NCBI GenBank assembly: GCA_037190965.1
Contig: JBBCKI010000060.1
Span: 1-36,824 of the forward strand
Source: Chthoniobacteraceae bacterium
GTDB lineage: Bacteria > Verrucomicrobiota > Verrucomicrobiia > Chthoniobacterales > Chthoniobacteraceae
Direction: 5' to 3'
DNA length: 36,824 nucleotides
This document shows positions 25,627 through 36,100 of the stretch, in pieces. How positions within the stretch are numbered: position 1 is the first letter of the stretch; each line of letters opens with the position of its first letter. The position numbers and the translations under genes were made by a program. Below the pieces are notes generated by a model, which had not been told where the DNA came from, made no database searches, and worked only from the letters and a program-made list of their open reading frames with translations.

Positions 25627-26019
25627 ATGCCACCGGAAAAGCCTTCAGAATTCGAAATGCAGATCCTTGCGACCCTCTGGAAACATGGTCCCCTCACCGT
25701 TCGAGAAATGCTCGAGCGTTTGCCGGACGGAAAAAAACGGGCCTACACCAGCGTACTCTCGGTGATGCAGGTGATGGAGAAGAAGAAGCTGCTGGGACGG
25801 ACGCGCGAAGGGTTGACCGATCGCTGGCGGCCCGCCGTGGAGGAAGCGCAGATCCTCGGGCCGTTCATGAAGAACCTTGTGGCGCGCATCTTCGGCGGCA
25901 GCGCCCCGAAGGCCCTTCAATGCCTCTTCAAAGAAGGCGAAGTGGACGCCTCGGAAATCGAGGAAATCCGGCAACTGCTCGATACCTACCAAAAGTCGGA
26001 CAAAGCGCGGAAACCGTAG
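25627..26019 (+). CDS. BlaI/MecI/CopY family transcriptional repressor
   Basis: SEFEMQILATLW, AYTSVLSVMQVMEKK and FGGS...EIEEIRQLL motifs. Confidence 0.93.
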   Translation: MPPEKPSEFEMQILATLWKHGPLTVREMLERLPDGKKRAYTSVLSVMQVMEKKKLLGRTREGLTDRWRPAVEEAQILGPFMKNLVARIFGGSAPKALQCLFKEGEVDASEIEEIRQLLDTYQKSDKARKP

Positions 26020-26026
26020 TTTTCCC

Positions 26027-29000
26027 ATGAATTCCCCTGAAACGCTCGAACCTTTCGTCCGCGCTCTCCTGCATACACTCTGGCAGGGTGGATTGCTGGC
26101 AATGCTCCTGGCCGGGAGTCTCCGGTTGATTCCCGCGTCCCGCGCACAGCTTCGCTACCTCCTCAGCGGCCTGGCGCTCATCGCCGTGTTGTTGGGAGGG
26201 ATCGGCGCATGGGCCATGCGGGATGTCTCATTCCGGCGCGCTCTTCAGGCAGAAACAGCGTTGCCCCAAGCCGCGCCCGCGCCAATCGTCGCGGCAAGCC
26301 ATCCCGTTTCCGGAAAAATAGCTTACGAGAATCGCCGGGAAACGCCAGATTCCCCTCCCCGATGGACTACCGTTCTGACCTTGGGATGGCTCTGTGGAAC
26401 TGTCGTATTTTTAGGGCGCACCGCCGTGGCTTTCGTGGGGGCAGGCCGCCTTCGCCGCAATGCCCGCGAGATCCTGCCACTCCCCGCGATTGCCCGCAAA
26501 ACGCTCGCTTCCCTAAAGATGGCGAACCGGCGTGTACGACTCTTCGCATCGGAACAAATCAAGACTCCCGCCGTGATCGGCTTTTTCGCGCCTGCGATTC
26601 TCCTCCCCGCCGCCCTGCTTGCGGGAGCGCCTCCGGAACTTCTGCGAGCGGTTTTGGCTCACGAGCTCGCGCATATCCGCCGATGGGACTATCTGGTCAA
26701 CCTCGGACAGATGCTCGTGGAGTCGCTCCTCTTCTTCAACCCGTTCGTCTGGTGGATCAGCCGACAAATGCGACAGGAACGCGAAGCGTGTTGCGACCAA
26801 ATCGCCGCCATGCATTGCGGCTCACATAGCCGTTATCTGGAAGCATTGATGACGTGCGTTGCTGAAGCCAGCCCTGTTGCCGCCGTCGCTGCCACCGGTG
26901 GTGAAAGAACCCTCCTCGATCGTGCCCGCCGCCTGTTGGACCCCGGCTACCGCCCCGCCATGCGAATGCGTGGCGTCACCTTTGCGGCGGTATTGGCGAT
27001 TACCGGGCTGCTGCTTGTTGCGCTTCTCGCGGGAGCGCGGATCGCGGCGGAAATCCTCACGCCGCAACAGCGGATTGAGAAGATTACGGAGATCAAGAAG
27101 GAGTATGCCCCAAAGATGGAAGACGAAGGGCCTCGACACAAAATCACCGTATCCGGGTTTGTGGTAACGGCGGACGGAAAACCATTCGATAAAAAGCAAA
27201 GGCTTCTCATCGAATCCCGGCGGGCTGACCTTCTTGGTTTGACCACCCTTGCAATGATCCAAGAAGATGGTCGTTTCTCCATAGATATACCCTCCGGGCA
27301 AATCTCGATCAAAACAGTGGTCCCGGGCTACGCTCCCGCTTCCTGGGGCCCTTTCAAGGTGGATCGCGACCGTCATGATTTACGCATCACCCTGTCAAAA
27401 AAATACGATGGCCGCATCCTGATCGTTGACGAAGAGGGAAACCCGATCAGGAGCGCTCTGGTCACGGGCATTTATGATTCCAATTTGGAGAAACTCGAAG
27501 CCATCTCCGATCTCAATGGGATGGCGACGCTTCCTTCCACTGGCGATTACCCTTTGGACTTGAGCATAACGATGAAAGGATTCGAGTTCGAGCGACGCAC
27601 TGGAGTTCGTTTCCCCGAGAAAGCTCCGCTCCGATGGGTTTTGAATCAGGCGATCCCATTCAAAGGCCGAATCGTTTCCCTAGCGACGGGTGAACCGATT
27701 GAAAATACCGAGATCACACTGGCTGCCGTCGGTGGTCCGGATTCTCACGCCTACGACTCCAGCTCAGCTCCATTGCTTGGCACTACTGATGCAAATGGCG
27801 AGTTTACTTTAGATTCACTAAGCAGCGACTCGCCTTATCTTTTCTATCTCTCTGCGAAGGGTTATGGGAAATCATTAAGTCCGCCGGTAACCGTCGATGG
27901 TTCCACCCGAGTCGAGTGGAAACTGGCACCGCCGCGCTCGATTAGTGGCACGGTTGTCTTCCCTTCCTCCACCGCATTTCCTAAGACGGTTACCGTCGAA
28001 TGCGGTCAAATGATCATCATCCCCGCAGGCAACGGCTTTAGCTTCGGCCCCTCCAGCAGGGTGCCTGTGGAAAATGGAATTGCGAAGTTTGAGTTCAACG
28101 ATCTCCTCGCTATGCCAACCTTCATCCGTGTCGGTGGGCGGGAGACACAACTGCCCGAATTTTCCACCTCGGTGCATGATCTTGTCATCGAATACCCGGC
28201 CGAGCGCTCAAAGGCTGAGCGTCTCGTAGAGATCGGGTTTGATCTCCCTCCGTCCGCGCCCGCCCCCACGGGGAGCATTCTTGTCAGTTTTATAAAATAC
28301 TTCGGTCAGACCGGTATGGCGCGCGTACAGATTAGCAAAACGGTTTCGATCAAAGAAGGCACGGCCCGGCTCGTCGTCCCCACCCCCAATGAAGTGACTT
28401 TTGAACCGACAGGATTGGTCGGGTATGCGTTTGAGAGAACAACCGTGACAATCCCTGAAGGCGGGAAACCGCATTCCCTTCGGTTGCCCGTCACTCCAGC
28501 AGGAGCGATTTATGGCGAGATCACCGAAGCTGACGGTTTTCCCGCCTATAGCTTGATGATCTCGGCGTATCTCCTGCCTGACGCAAAGGGCAACCCGCCT
28601 GCCCAAAGTTTGTCGGTCAAGAACAGTTCACGCCCGGACGATGATCCTTCCGACCAATTTGTGGCGACTCCGCTCACGCTGAACGCGACTTATGCCATTG
28701 TCGTCCATCGCGGGCCGACCTATGTCCTATCGACTCCGGTTTCGCTCAACGAACGCAACCCCATTCAAAAAATGAAACTGGTCGTCCCGGAAGGCACCCC
28801 CGTGCGCGTTAAGGTGACAGACCAGAAAGGAAAACCTGTCCCCGGGTTGCGATGGGATCTCAACTTCAGCGCCTCATGGGGTTACAACTCCACCAGCGGA
28901 GGGTTCTGGACCGATCGCGACGGTTGGCTGATCATCCCTCACGTCAACTTCGATGCGCCGGGTGAATACCGGGTGAAACTCAACCACCCAGCCTATCTTT

Positions 29001-29074
29001 CCGTTGACCGGAAGATCGACCCTCGCAAGCCGGAGTTTGCGATTCAACTCGAAGACGCCAAGCCTACCCCTTGA
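26027..29074 (+). CDS. BlaR1-type M56 metallopeptidase sensor with a long beta-sandwich (carboxypeptidase-regulatory-like) extracytoplasmic region
   Basis: LLHTLWQG, TPAVIG, HELAH, FFNPFVWW and EREACCD motifs; repeated GRIV/TDANGEF-type modules; start ATG 26027. Confidence 0.9.
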   Translation: MNSPETLEPFVRALLHTLWQGGLLAMLLAGSLRLIPASRAQLRYLLSGLALIAVLLGGIGAWAMRDVSFRRALQAETALPQAAPAPIVAASHPVSGKIAYENRRETPDSPPRWTTVLTLGWLCGTVVFLGRTAVAFVGAGRLRRNAREILPLPAIARKTLASLKMANRRVRLFASEQIKTPAVIGFFAPAILLPAALLAGAPPELLRAVLAHELAHIRRWDYLVNLGQMLVESLLFFNPFVWWISRQMRQEREACCDQIAAMHCGSHSRYLEALMTCVAEASPVAAVAATGGERTLLDRARRLLDPGYRPAMRMRGVTFAAVLAITGLLLVALLAGARIAAEILTPQQRIEKITEIKKEYAPKMEDEGPRHKITVSGFVVTADGKPFDKKQRLLIESRRADLLGLTTLAMIQEDGRFSIDIPSGQISIKTVVPGYAPASWGPFKVDRDRHDLRITLSKKYDGRILIVDEEGNPIRSALVTGIYDSNLEKLEAISDLNGMATLPSTGDYPLDLSITMKGFEFERRTGVRFPEKAPLRWVLNQAIPFKGRIVSLATGEPIENTEITLAAVGGPDSHAYDSSSAPLLGTTDANGEFTLDSLSSDSPYLFYLSAKGYGKSLSPPVTVDGSTRVEWKLAPPRSISGTVVFPSSTAFPKTVTVECGQMIIIPAGNGFSFGPSSRVPVENGIAKFEFNDLLAMPTFIRVGGRETQLPEFSTSVHDLVIEYPAERSKAERLVEIGFDLPPSAPAPTGSILVSFIKYFGQTGMARVQISKTVSIKEGTARLVVPTPNEVTFEPTGLVGYAFERTTVTIPEGGKPHSLRLPVTPAGAIYGEITEADGFPAYSLMISAYLLPDAKGNPPAQSLSVKNSSRPDDDPSDQFVATPLTLNATYAIVVHRGPTYVLSTPVSLNERNPIQKMKLVVPEGTPVRVKVTDQKGKPVPGLRWDLNFSASWGYNSTSGGFWTDRDGWLIIPHVNFDAPGEYRVKLNHPAYLSVDRKIDPRKPEFAIQLEDAKPTP

Positions 29075-30035
29075 TAATCTCGCTCACCACCTCGTCCGTC
29101 GTCACCCCTTCCGCCTCGCCCTCGAAGTTCAGGATCACGCGGTGACGCAACGCCGGAAGCGCGGCTTTTTCGAGATCGGCCTTGGAGACGTGGTAACGTC
29201 CGTCGAGCAGCGCAAAGATTTTCCCAGCGAGGATGAGCGCCTGTGCGCCGCGCGGGCTGGCTCCGTAGCGGACGAACCGCTTCGCCTTGGGTGAAGCGGC
29301 GGGGTTGTCGGGATGCGTGGCGAGGACGATCTCCACGGCCCGCTCCTGCACCTCGCGCGCCAGCGGCACCTGCCGGGTGAAGGCGCGCCAGCGGAGGAGT
29401 TCGGCGGCATCGCCGGAAACCGCAGCAAGCGCGGCATCCTCGCCTGCCGTGGTTCGGTCGAGGATGGTGTGAAGCTCGGCGGCGTTGGGGTAAGCGACCT
29501 TCAGCTTGAAAAGAAAGCGGTCGAGTTGGGCTTCGGGCAACGGATAGGTCCCCTCCATCTCCAGCGGGTTCTGCGTGGCAAGCACGAGAAACGGCTCGGC
29601 CAGCGGGTGCTGGGTGCCTCCCACGGTGACGTGATGTTCCTGCATCGCTTCGAGCAGCGCGCTCTGCGTCTTGGGGGTTGCGCGGTTGATTTCATCCGCC
29701 AGAACGAGGTTGGCGAAAATCGGCCCCGGCTGGAACTTGAACGCCCGACTCTCCTCGCCCGCGATGAGGTTCGTGCCGACAATGTCCGAAGGCATCAGGT
29801 CGGGGGTGAACTGGACGCGCGAAAACTTGAGGCCGGTCACCTCGCCGAGCGTCCGTACCAGCATCGTCTTGCCAAGGCCGGGCACCCCTTCCAGCAGCAC
29901 ATGGCCGCCGACGAATAGGGCGGTGAGCACCCCTTCAAGGATCTCCCCCTGTCCCACGATCCGCTTTTGAAGCTCCGTCTGGATCCGGCAAAAAAGGTCA
30001 CGAAATTGAGCGGCGTCGGCTTCGGCGTTGTTCAT
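29064..30035 (-). CDS. moxR: MoxR family AAA+ ATPase
   Basis: LLEGVPGLGKT, RVQFTPDLMPSDI, ADEINRATPKTQSALLEAMQE, ATQNPLEMEGTYPLPEAQLDRF and GASPR motifs. Confidence 0.95.
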   Translation of the reverse strand: MNNAEADAAQFRDLFCRIQTELQKRIVGQGEILEGVLTALFVGGHVLLEGVPGLGKTMLVRTLGEVTGLKFSRVQFTPDLMPSDIVGTNLIAGEESRAFKFQPGPIFANLVLADEINRATPKTQSALLEAMQEHHVTVGGTQHPLAEPFLVLATQNPLEMEGTYPLPEAQLDRFLFKLKVAYPNAAELHTILDRTTAGEDAALAAVSGDAAELLRWRAFTRQVPLAREVQERAVEIVLATHPDNPAASPKAKRFVRYGASPRGAQALILAGKIFALLDGRYHVSKADLEKAALPALRHRVILNFEGEAEGVTTDEVVSEIIKG

Positions 30036-30074
30036 AAAGAAGGTTGGGGTTCTGAAGGGGGATTCGAACGCGGT

Positions 30075-31625
30075 CTATTGTTTGGGCCGGATCGACTCGA
30101 AATATCGTTTGACGAAGAGCCGGGAGCCAAGCGGGATATTTTCTTTTTCAAGTGCATCCTCGGCAGCCGGGGCCGCCGCTTCATAGAGCGCTTTATAGCC
30201 GGTCTTCGCCGGTTCCTCGCCCGGTTTGGCGGGGATGAGCGCGTTCAGGGATTCCCCCTCGCCCAAGAGCCCCTGGATCTGCGTCTGCATCTCTGCCGCT
30301 GCGGGAGGCGCGGACTCCGCGCCGTAGGGCGAAGCCTTGGTTCCCTCGTCGCGTTCGCTGCCGGGCTGGCCGGACGCGCTATCACCCATCCCGGGCATCG
30401 GCTCGCCTTGCCCATTCCCCTTGCCTGAGGGAGAAATGACGAGCGTCTTCTGGCCATCGCCCGAGCCGGATTCATCGCCTGGCTTCCCGCCCTGGCCCGA
30501 TTTCATCTCACGCAGGGCCTGGATCATCGCCGCCAACTCCTTGGATTCCTGCGACTTCTGCCCCTGGCCGCTCCGGTTGGAATTGGCCTGCCGAAGCGCC
30601 TCGCTCATCTGCTCCATCGCCTGCTGCGCCCCGGCTCCGTCGCGCCGTTTTCCCGCCGCCGACGCCTTTGATGCGGCTGCGCCGAGGGGGGATTGCTCGC
30701 CAAGTTTTTGGGCCGCCCCGGCCATCGCTTTTTCAAGCTGTTGGAGTTGCTTTTCTCCGTTCTGGGAAGCGCTTTCCTCTGCCAGCCGTTTCCCGAGTTC
30801 CTCCAGCTTGGCGGCGGCGGAGGCGGCGTCCCGCTGCTTGAGCGCCTCGGCGGCTTCGGCGGCGGCTTTTGCCTGGTCCATCTGCGCCAACGTCGCGGCA
30901 AGCGCCTCCATGTCGTTCCCTTGCTGAGCTGCCTTGAGAAGATCCTCGATGGCAGAGAGCTCGCGGAGCATCGCTTTATCCGGCGATTGCCCCTCCGCCT
31001 CGGTCCGCAGCTGGGCGGCGCTCTTTTTGATGGCCTCGGCCACCTTCTTCATGTCCGGTGAATCTTTCCGCTTTTCCTCCAGCTTGCGCGCCATCTCTTC
31101 CAGACGCTCCGCAGCGGCCAGCGCGGCGGGATCGGCCTCCCCCTTGAGCGGCCCCGTTGCAGGTTTGTCGAGAAATTGAAGGAGACCGAAGGCGAGCACC
31201 GGCACACAAAGCCACGGAAGCGCGCGAGGCATTTGCCAGGGGGTCCAACGGCGTCCGTCGAACCCGGAGAGGAACTTCTGGCACTCCGCGAGCGCGGCTT
31301 GATGAAAAAGGGAGCGATCCGGAGGGGCGGCTTCAAACGCGAGCGCGGTGGAAAGGCGGTCATGGGTGGCGGCGGCGCGATCAAGTTTTGCCGCCACCTC
31401 TTGCAACGAAGGCTGACGCCATATTGTCCAGATCGCCGCACCGAGCGCCGCCAGCAGCGTTGCGCCAACCGCCAGAACAACCTGCGATCCCGCCGCCAAC
31501 CGGGGGCCGAACCCCACGACGCAGGTAAACAGCCCCGCCATCACGAGGAACGACCACGCAAAGGCATGAGCAAACGCCTGCGCCAGAAGCCGTCGGCGGA
31601 GCTTGATCAAGAGGGAGCGGGTCAT
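30075..31625 (-). CDS. Membrane-anchored coiled-coil protein of the type found in MoxR loci
   Basis: Two N-terminal TMs; DRLSTAL; a third TM; Ala/Glu/Gln coiled coil; Gly-rich linker; C-terminal ENIPLGSRLFVKRYF. Confidence 0.8.
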   Translation of the reverse strand: MTRSLLIKLRRRLLAQAFAHAFAWSFLVMAGLFTCVVGFGPRLAAGSQVVLAVGATLLAALGAAIWTIWRQPSLQEVAAKLDRAAATHDRLSTALAFEAAPPDRSLFHQAALAECQKFLSGFDGRRWTPWQMPRALPWLCVPVLAFGLLQFLDKPATGPLKGEADPAALAAAERLEEMARKLEEKRKDSPDMKKVAEAIKKSAAQLRTEAEGQSPDKAMLRELSAIEDLLKAAQQGNDMEALAATLAQMDQAKAAAEAAEALKQRDAASAAAKLEELGKRLAEESASQNGEKQLQQLEKAMAGAAQKLGEQSPLGAAASKASAAGKRRDGAGAQQAMEQMSEALRQANSNRSGQGQKSQESKELAAMIQALREMKSGQGGKPGDESGSGDGQKTLVISPSGKGNGQGEPMPGMGDSASGQPGSERDEGTKASPYGAESAPPAAAEMQTQIQGLLGEGESLNALIPAKPGEEPAKTGYKALYEAAAPAAEDALEKENIPLGSRLFVKRYFESIRPKQ

Positions 31626-31791
31626 GCGTGCATGGTGTCCAACCGTTCCATCGTGCCACGCCCCCCGCTTCAGTGCCAGCGAAAGTGGGATTTGCGTCGT
31701 CGCCGATGTTTACTGGGAGTTGGAAATCTCCTTTATCTCCAATCCAATCTCCCTAGGATCGCAACCGAAACGACAACAAGGATTTGAAAGG

Positions 31792-32142
31792 ATGATATCG
31801 AAAAGCAATCCGCAAAAAAGAGCGCGAACTCCCGGCGAAATTGCTTTTGACCGTTGCTTCCTCCCCCTTGCGATTCCCTTCGTTCTTTTGCCGATCATTA
31901 CGTCAATGGCTTCGGCGCTTCAGATCCCCACGGAATCGCTTTTCACGTTATCTCAAGTGGGGGGAAAATCGGTTCCTTTTGCGCTCGGACTTCTTTTCAC
32001 CGCCCTTTGGGCGCGCGCCTTTTACAGCGTGATCAAAGGCTGGGGCGATCCGGCGGCGAAAGTTCTTCGTTTCGTCTCCATGGTGCTTCTCCTCCCGTTT
32101 GCCACCCTCGCCTATTTTCTCCTTAAAGTGCCCTTCCAGTAG
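31792..32142 (+). CDS. Hypothetical membrane protein (3 TM)
   Basis: Hydrophobic ORF filling the gap; start ATG 31792 is inferred. Confidence 0.5.
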   Translation: MISKSNPQKRARTPGEIAFDRCFLPLAIPFVLLPIITSMASALQIPTESLFTLSQVGGKSVPFALGLLFTALWARAFYSVIKGWGDPAAKVLRFVSMVLLLPFATLAYFLLKVPFQ

Positions 32143-32159
32143 GCTAAAAGGCTATCTCC

Positions 32160-32927
32160 ATGACAGAAGACCTTGGAAACCAGATTTTTTTACGGCGTTT
32201 TGCGTCAAGAGTGCAAATTGGCGCCATTCTTATCACAGGCATCATCCTCTGGATCGTGGGTTTCTGGATGCCGGTGTATACGGACATGGAGGCCCCATTC
32301 AGAATTTCCAATGAACTACAGGATTCTCCGCGCGAAGTTCGATTCAAGGAATGGCATTTGAGATTAGCCGCCTATGAAACCCCTCACAAACGCCTTACCG
32401 ACCTTGGCCGAGGGCTGATTGCCTTTGGGTTGGGTAGTATTTTGGCTTGGGGGATCGAAACGATCTATCGACGTCTGAATCATAAGACCCGTCTCCCCTT
32501 TTTCGTGGTTGCCTGGTTGGCCCTCTGGGCGATCCAAATTCCCTTAAGCGTCTGGTATTATACCATTCGCCAGCATCGCTTCGATTACCCAGTCTGGGGC
32601 GACTCTATCGCAATTCCCATCGCCTCGGGAGCCGTCGGTTCCATGGTTGGAGCCCTCCTTTCAATCCTGCTCATCCTGGTCCTGATGTTTCGGCGCAATT
32701 TGCCCTCAACATTGGAACTTACTTTTCCCTCCGGCATCCTGAACCGAATCCGGTTTGTTTTGATCGGATTTTGGATTGCCGCACTTGGGCTGGGCACCCT
32801 TGGCGGAGTCTGGAATGGGGATGAGGGGATGGTGATCTCGTGCCGGGCAGCGATCCCTTTACTTTTTATTGTTTTGGTGGCCCGACGCCGGGAATTGAAT
32901 CCTCAGAAGGCCTTAATTAACAGCTGA
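32160..32927 (+). CDS. Hypothetical multi-pass membrane protein
   Basis: About 6 hydrophobic segments; followed by a terminator-like hairpin. Confidence 0.7.
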   Translation: MTEDLGNQIFLRRFASRVQIGAILITGIILWIVGFWMPVYTDMEAPFRISNELQDSPREVRFKEWHLRLAAYETPHKRLTDLGRGLIAFGLGSILAWGIETIYRRLNHKTRLPFFVVAWLALWAIQIPLSVWYYTIRQHRFDYPVWGDSIAIPIASGAVGSMVGALLSILLILVLMFRRNLPSTLELTFPSGILNRIRFVLIGFWIAALGLGTLGGVWNGDEGMVISCRAAIPLLFIVLVARRRELNPQKALINS

Positions 32928-32930
32928 AAC

Positions 32931-32972
32931 GAAAAAGGGTGCGGCGAGATAGCCTCACCGCATCCTTCCTTT
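32931..32972. terminator. Hairpin, probable (bidirectional) terminator
   Basis: AAGGGTGCGG-c-GAG...CTC-a-CCGCATCCTT, with an A-run before and a T-rich run after. Confidence 0.55.
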
Positions 32973-33034
32973 AAATCACCTACCGCTTCTACGTCTGCTC
33001 TTTGCCGGCGGGCAACTTGGGCTGTAAATCAGAG

Positions 33035-33073
33035 AAAGAAAACGAGCCCCGCCTCTTTCGAAGCGGGGCTCGT
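33035..33073 (-). terminator. Intrinsic terminator of the autotransporter gene
   Basis: ACGAGCCCCGC (33042-33052) / GCGGGGCTCGT (33063-33073) 11-bp stem followed by a U-rich run on the minus strand. Confidence 0.8.
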
Positions 33074-33107
33074 CCACAAGTTCCAGCAGTTCTCGCGAAT
33101 GCCGAGG

Positions 33108-36100
33108 TTAGAAGCTGATCCGGAAACCGCCGTTCACAGCGTTCGAGGAGTAGTTCGTGCGTCCGATTTCACCGGTATAGTAGGCAAACACCGAAACCGT
33201 CGGGCTCACCTGCACCGTTGCCCCCGCGTCGATCAACACGCTATCACGCCCGATCTCGCTTCCCTCCACCGCGAAGACACCCGTCCCGCCGACGAACCCG
33301 GCCTCCAGCGAGGCGTTGGTGTCGAGGTACTCGTGCCTCCACTGTGCACGGATTTCCGGCTTGATCACGATGCCCCCGACCGTGAAGGCGTATGATGCCT
33401 TGAGACCGAGCAGCGAACGCAGGGAGTTCAGGTTTTGTGAGCTGATACGCAGAGGCGCATCCGACCCATGTTCCTGGAAGCCGTTTACGTCCAGATAGGT
33501 GTACTCCAGCGAGCCAATCGGCCCAACCGTCAACCCGCCGATGCAGTAGTCGTAGCCACCGCCCAGCATGGCGTCGAACTCACCGCCCTCGGTGCTTCCG
33601 CGTGCTTTCCCCCCGAAGGTAGACCGCTTGGTGTCATAGGAGTTGTACGCACCGCCTGCCGATGCGTTCAGATAGAAACCACCTCCGAAGAGCGTTCCAT
33701 AAACGCTGCCCCGGCCGCTGTTCACCTGGAGATCTCCCCCATTGGAGAGATCCGCGTCGGTATTGGCGTAGCCGCCCGCGATACCTACCACCAGGTTTTC
33801 GTTAACCCGGTAGTCGGCCCCGATGGTCACACCACCGGTGGTGAAGTCGCCACCAGCCGCCTTGGAAGTGGTTTCGACATCGGCCCATTCACCCGAGCCG
33901 ATCGCAAAGAAGCTCCAGCGGTTTTCGCTGATCACCGGAGCGACTGTCTGCTTGCCAACCACGCTCCTGCCATCCCAGCCTGCAAGAGTCAGGCCGTTGC
34001 GGGTATCGACAGAGGTTCCATCCGCATAGATGGAACCGCGCGGGTTCGAAAGCGAGAGGGCGTTGGAGAAGCCGGTCGCTCCTTCGCGCGCATCCTGCAA
34101 ACGCCACGCCAGATTGCTGTTCTGGATCTGCGCCGTCGCAACGCCGATCTGGAAGATCTGCGAAAGTTCCTCTGGAGAGAGGACGGCGAGCGCATTGGAG
34201 ATCTGCGACAGCGGCATATCGTAGATCGAGTCGAGCACTTTGGAGAGCTTGCCCCGGCCGCGTGCGCGGTCGAGCGCGCGGGCGACGTTCTTCTGATTCG
34301 AGGTAAGCTTCTTGTCCCCGGCGAAATCCGCAATGGAGTCTTCCTGATATTCCAGGACGACCGAATTGTCGAAATATTCGATTTCAAACCGGCTCAGCCT
34401 ATTGGTGTTGTACCGGAAGGAATCGAATGTTCCGTCAATCCCGCAGTCGGCCGTGATGATCTCGAACTTCGTGCCGCTCTTGGGCGACTTGAGCTTGTTG
34501 ACCACCAGCGATCCGGCAAGGTTCGCCTCGCGGTCGACGATGAGGTGGTCAGCCTTCGAACGGGACACGTCGACAACGAAAACACCGTTTTCGCTCTGCG
34601 TGAAATTCTTGCCGATCTCCAGCGTCCCGACCGAACCGATCGAGGCACCGGGGCTGAAAAACGCATGGTTGAACACGTTCCCCCGGATCGTGCCCGAACC
34701 GCCAAGGAAGCCGCCGTGGTTTTCGACGGTTCCCTTGGAGTAGCCGTTGATGAAGGCCGAGCCGGCTTCGATGTCGATCGATCCGCGCATCGATCCCGTT
34801 ACCACGAGATTGCCGCCCACCACATCCGTGTCACCCTGAACCTTGAGGGTGTTATCGACGAAGAGGCTTCCCCCGATAACCAAAACTTCGGAGACATTGC
34901 TGTTTCCGGTGAGGTGTGTATTGCCTGCGAGGCTGTAAACACCAATCTTGCCATCCATGTCCGCCGCGAAGGTGTAATTGCGGTCGGTGTGAATGAAAGC
35001 AACGACACCGCCGGAACCACAATCGGTGACCACCCGTTCCGCGAGAAGAGTTCCTGCCTTCGCCGGTTCCCCGAAACCACCGATCACAAGAGCCGATCCA
35101 TACGCCGAATTGTACGAGGTTCCGCTGAGCGTCAGAGTGCCGCTTCCAGGGCTCCCGTTGCCATCGATCTGAACCACCGCGCTATCCGAAATAAGGAGGT
35201 AAGCGGGTCCACCCATTCCCTCAACGGAAACGTCACCGCTATTGTTCCACCGGCTTCCAGCGCCAGAAACGACCACCCAGGTTGAATTCGCGCTTCCGCT
35301 TGCTGTGACGATACCGTTTTCATTGCTTACGGTCGCTCCGTCGGTAATGAACAGCGAGCCGGACCCATGGTTGCCGACACGAAGATCACCGTCGTTGATC
35401 CATGCGGAGCCGAGTCCCATCACTTCCACGATACCCGACGCTGAAGAACCGGCGCCGATGAACGCCGTGCCATTGGAAGTAAGGGTACCGCCCGCTTCAA
35501 TAGTGAGTTCCGCATCTCCGTTGTTGCCAATATAAATCTGCCCATTGTTCTCCCAACGCGAATTGCTGCCGCTGATCAAAACTGTGGCGGAGGCATCGGA
35601 AGCAGAAGCAAGGAATGCCGTGCTAGCACTCGTCAGCACAGCCCCGTTGGAAATGGTCAGGTTACCATTCCCATTGTTTCCAATGGTCGCCTGACCGAGA
35701 AGGTCGAGCCGCGATCCCGCGCCATCGATCAAGACCGTACCGACAGTCCCGCTTGACGTTCCGGCAAAAAGCTTGTTGGCGTCGAAGGTCGCTCCATTCA
35801 AAATGTTCAGCGTGCCGTTGCCGTTGCTTCCTACCCAGAGATCTCCGGTGCTATAGCTGGAGCCGGTCCCGGTAACCGTCAACGTGCCGGTGGATTCCGA
35901 CACTTCGCCCAGGAACGTGCCGGTCGAAGTCACGGAAGCACCGTTGGAGACGGTGATATCGCCAACGCCGCCGGCCGAAATCCCCGCGAAAATTGTGCCT
36001 GCCGTCCACCCTGAACCGGAGCCCGTGATCAACACGGTTCCCGTCGTTCCACCGTCGCCGATCCGGCCGCTGTTGGAAATTAGCGTCGCACCGTTCTCCA

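Noticed and set aside
25877..26026. Upstream extension of the M56 ORF
   Set aside because: Overlaps the BlaI gene out of frame; ATG 26027 follows the BlaI stop by 7 bp.
33468..35285. 605-aa plus-strand ORF
   Set aside because: Antisense to the autotransporter; no motifs.
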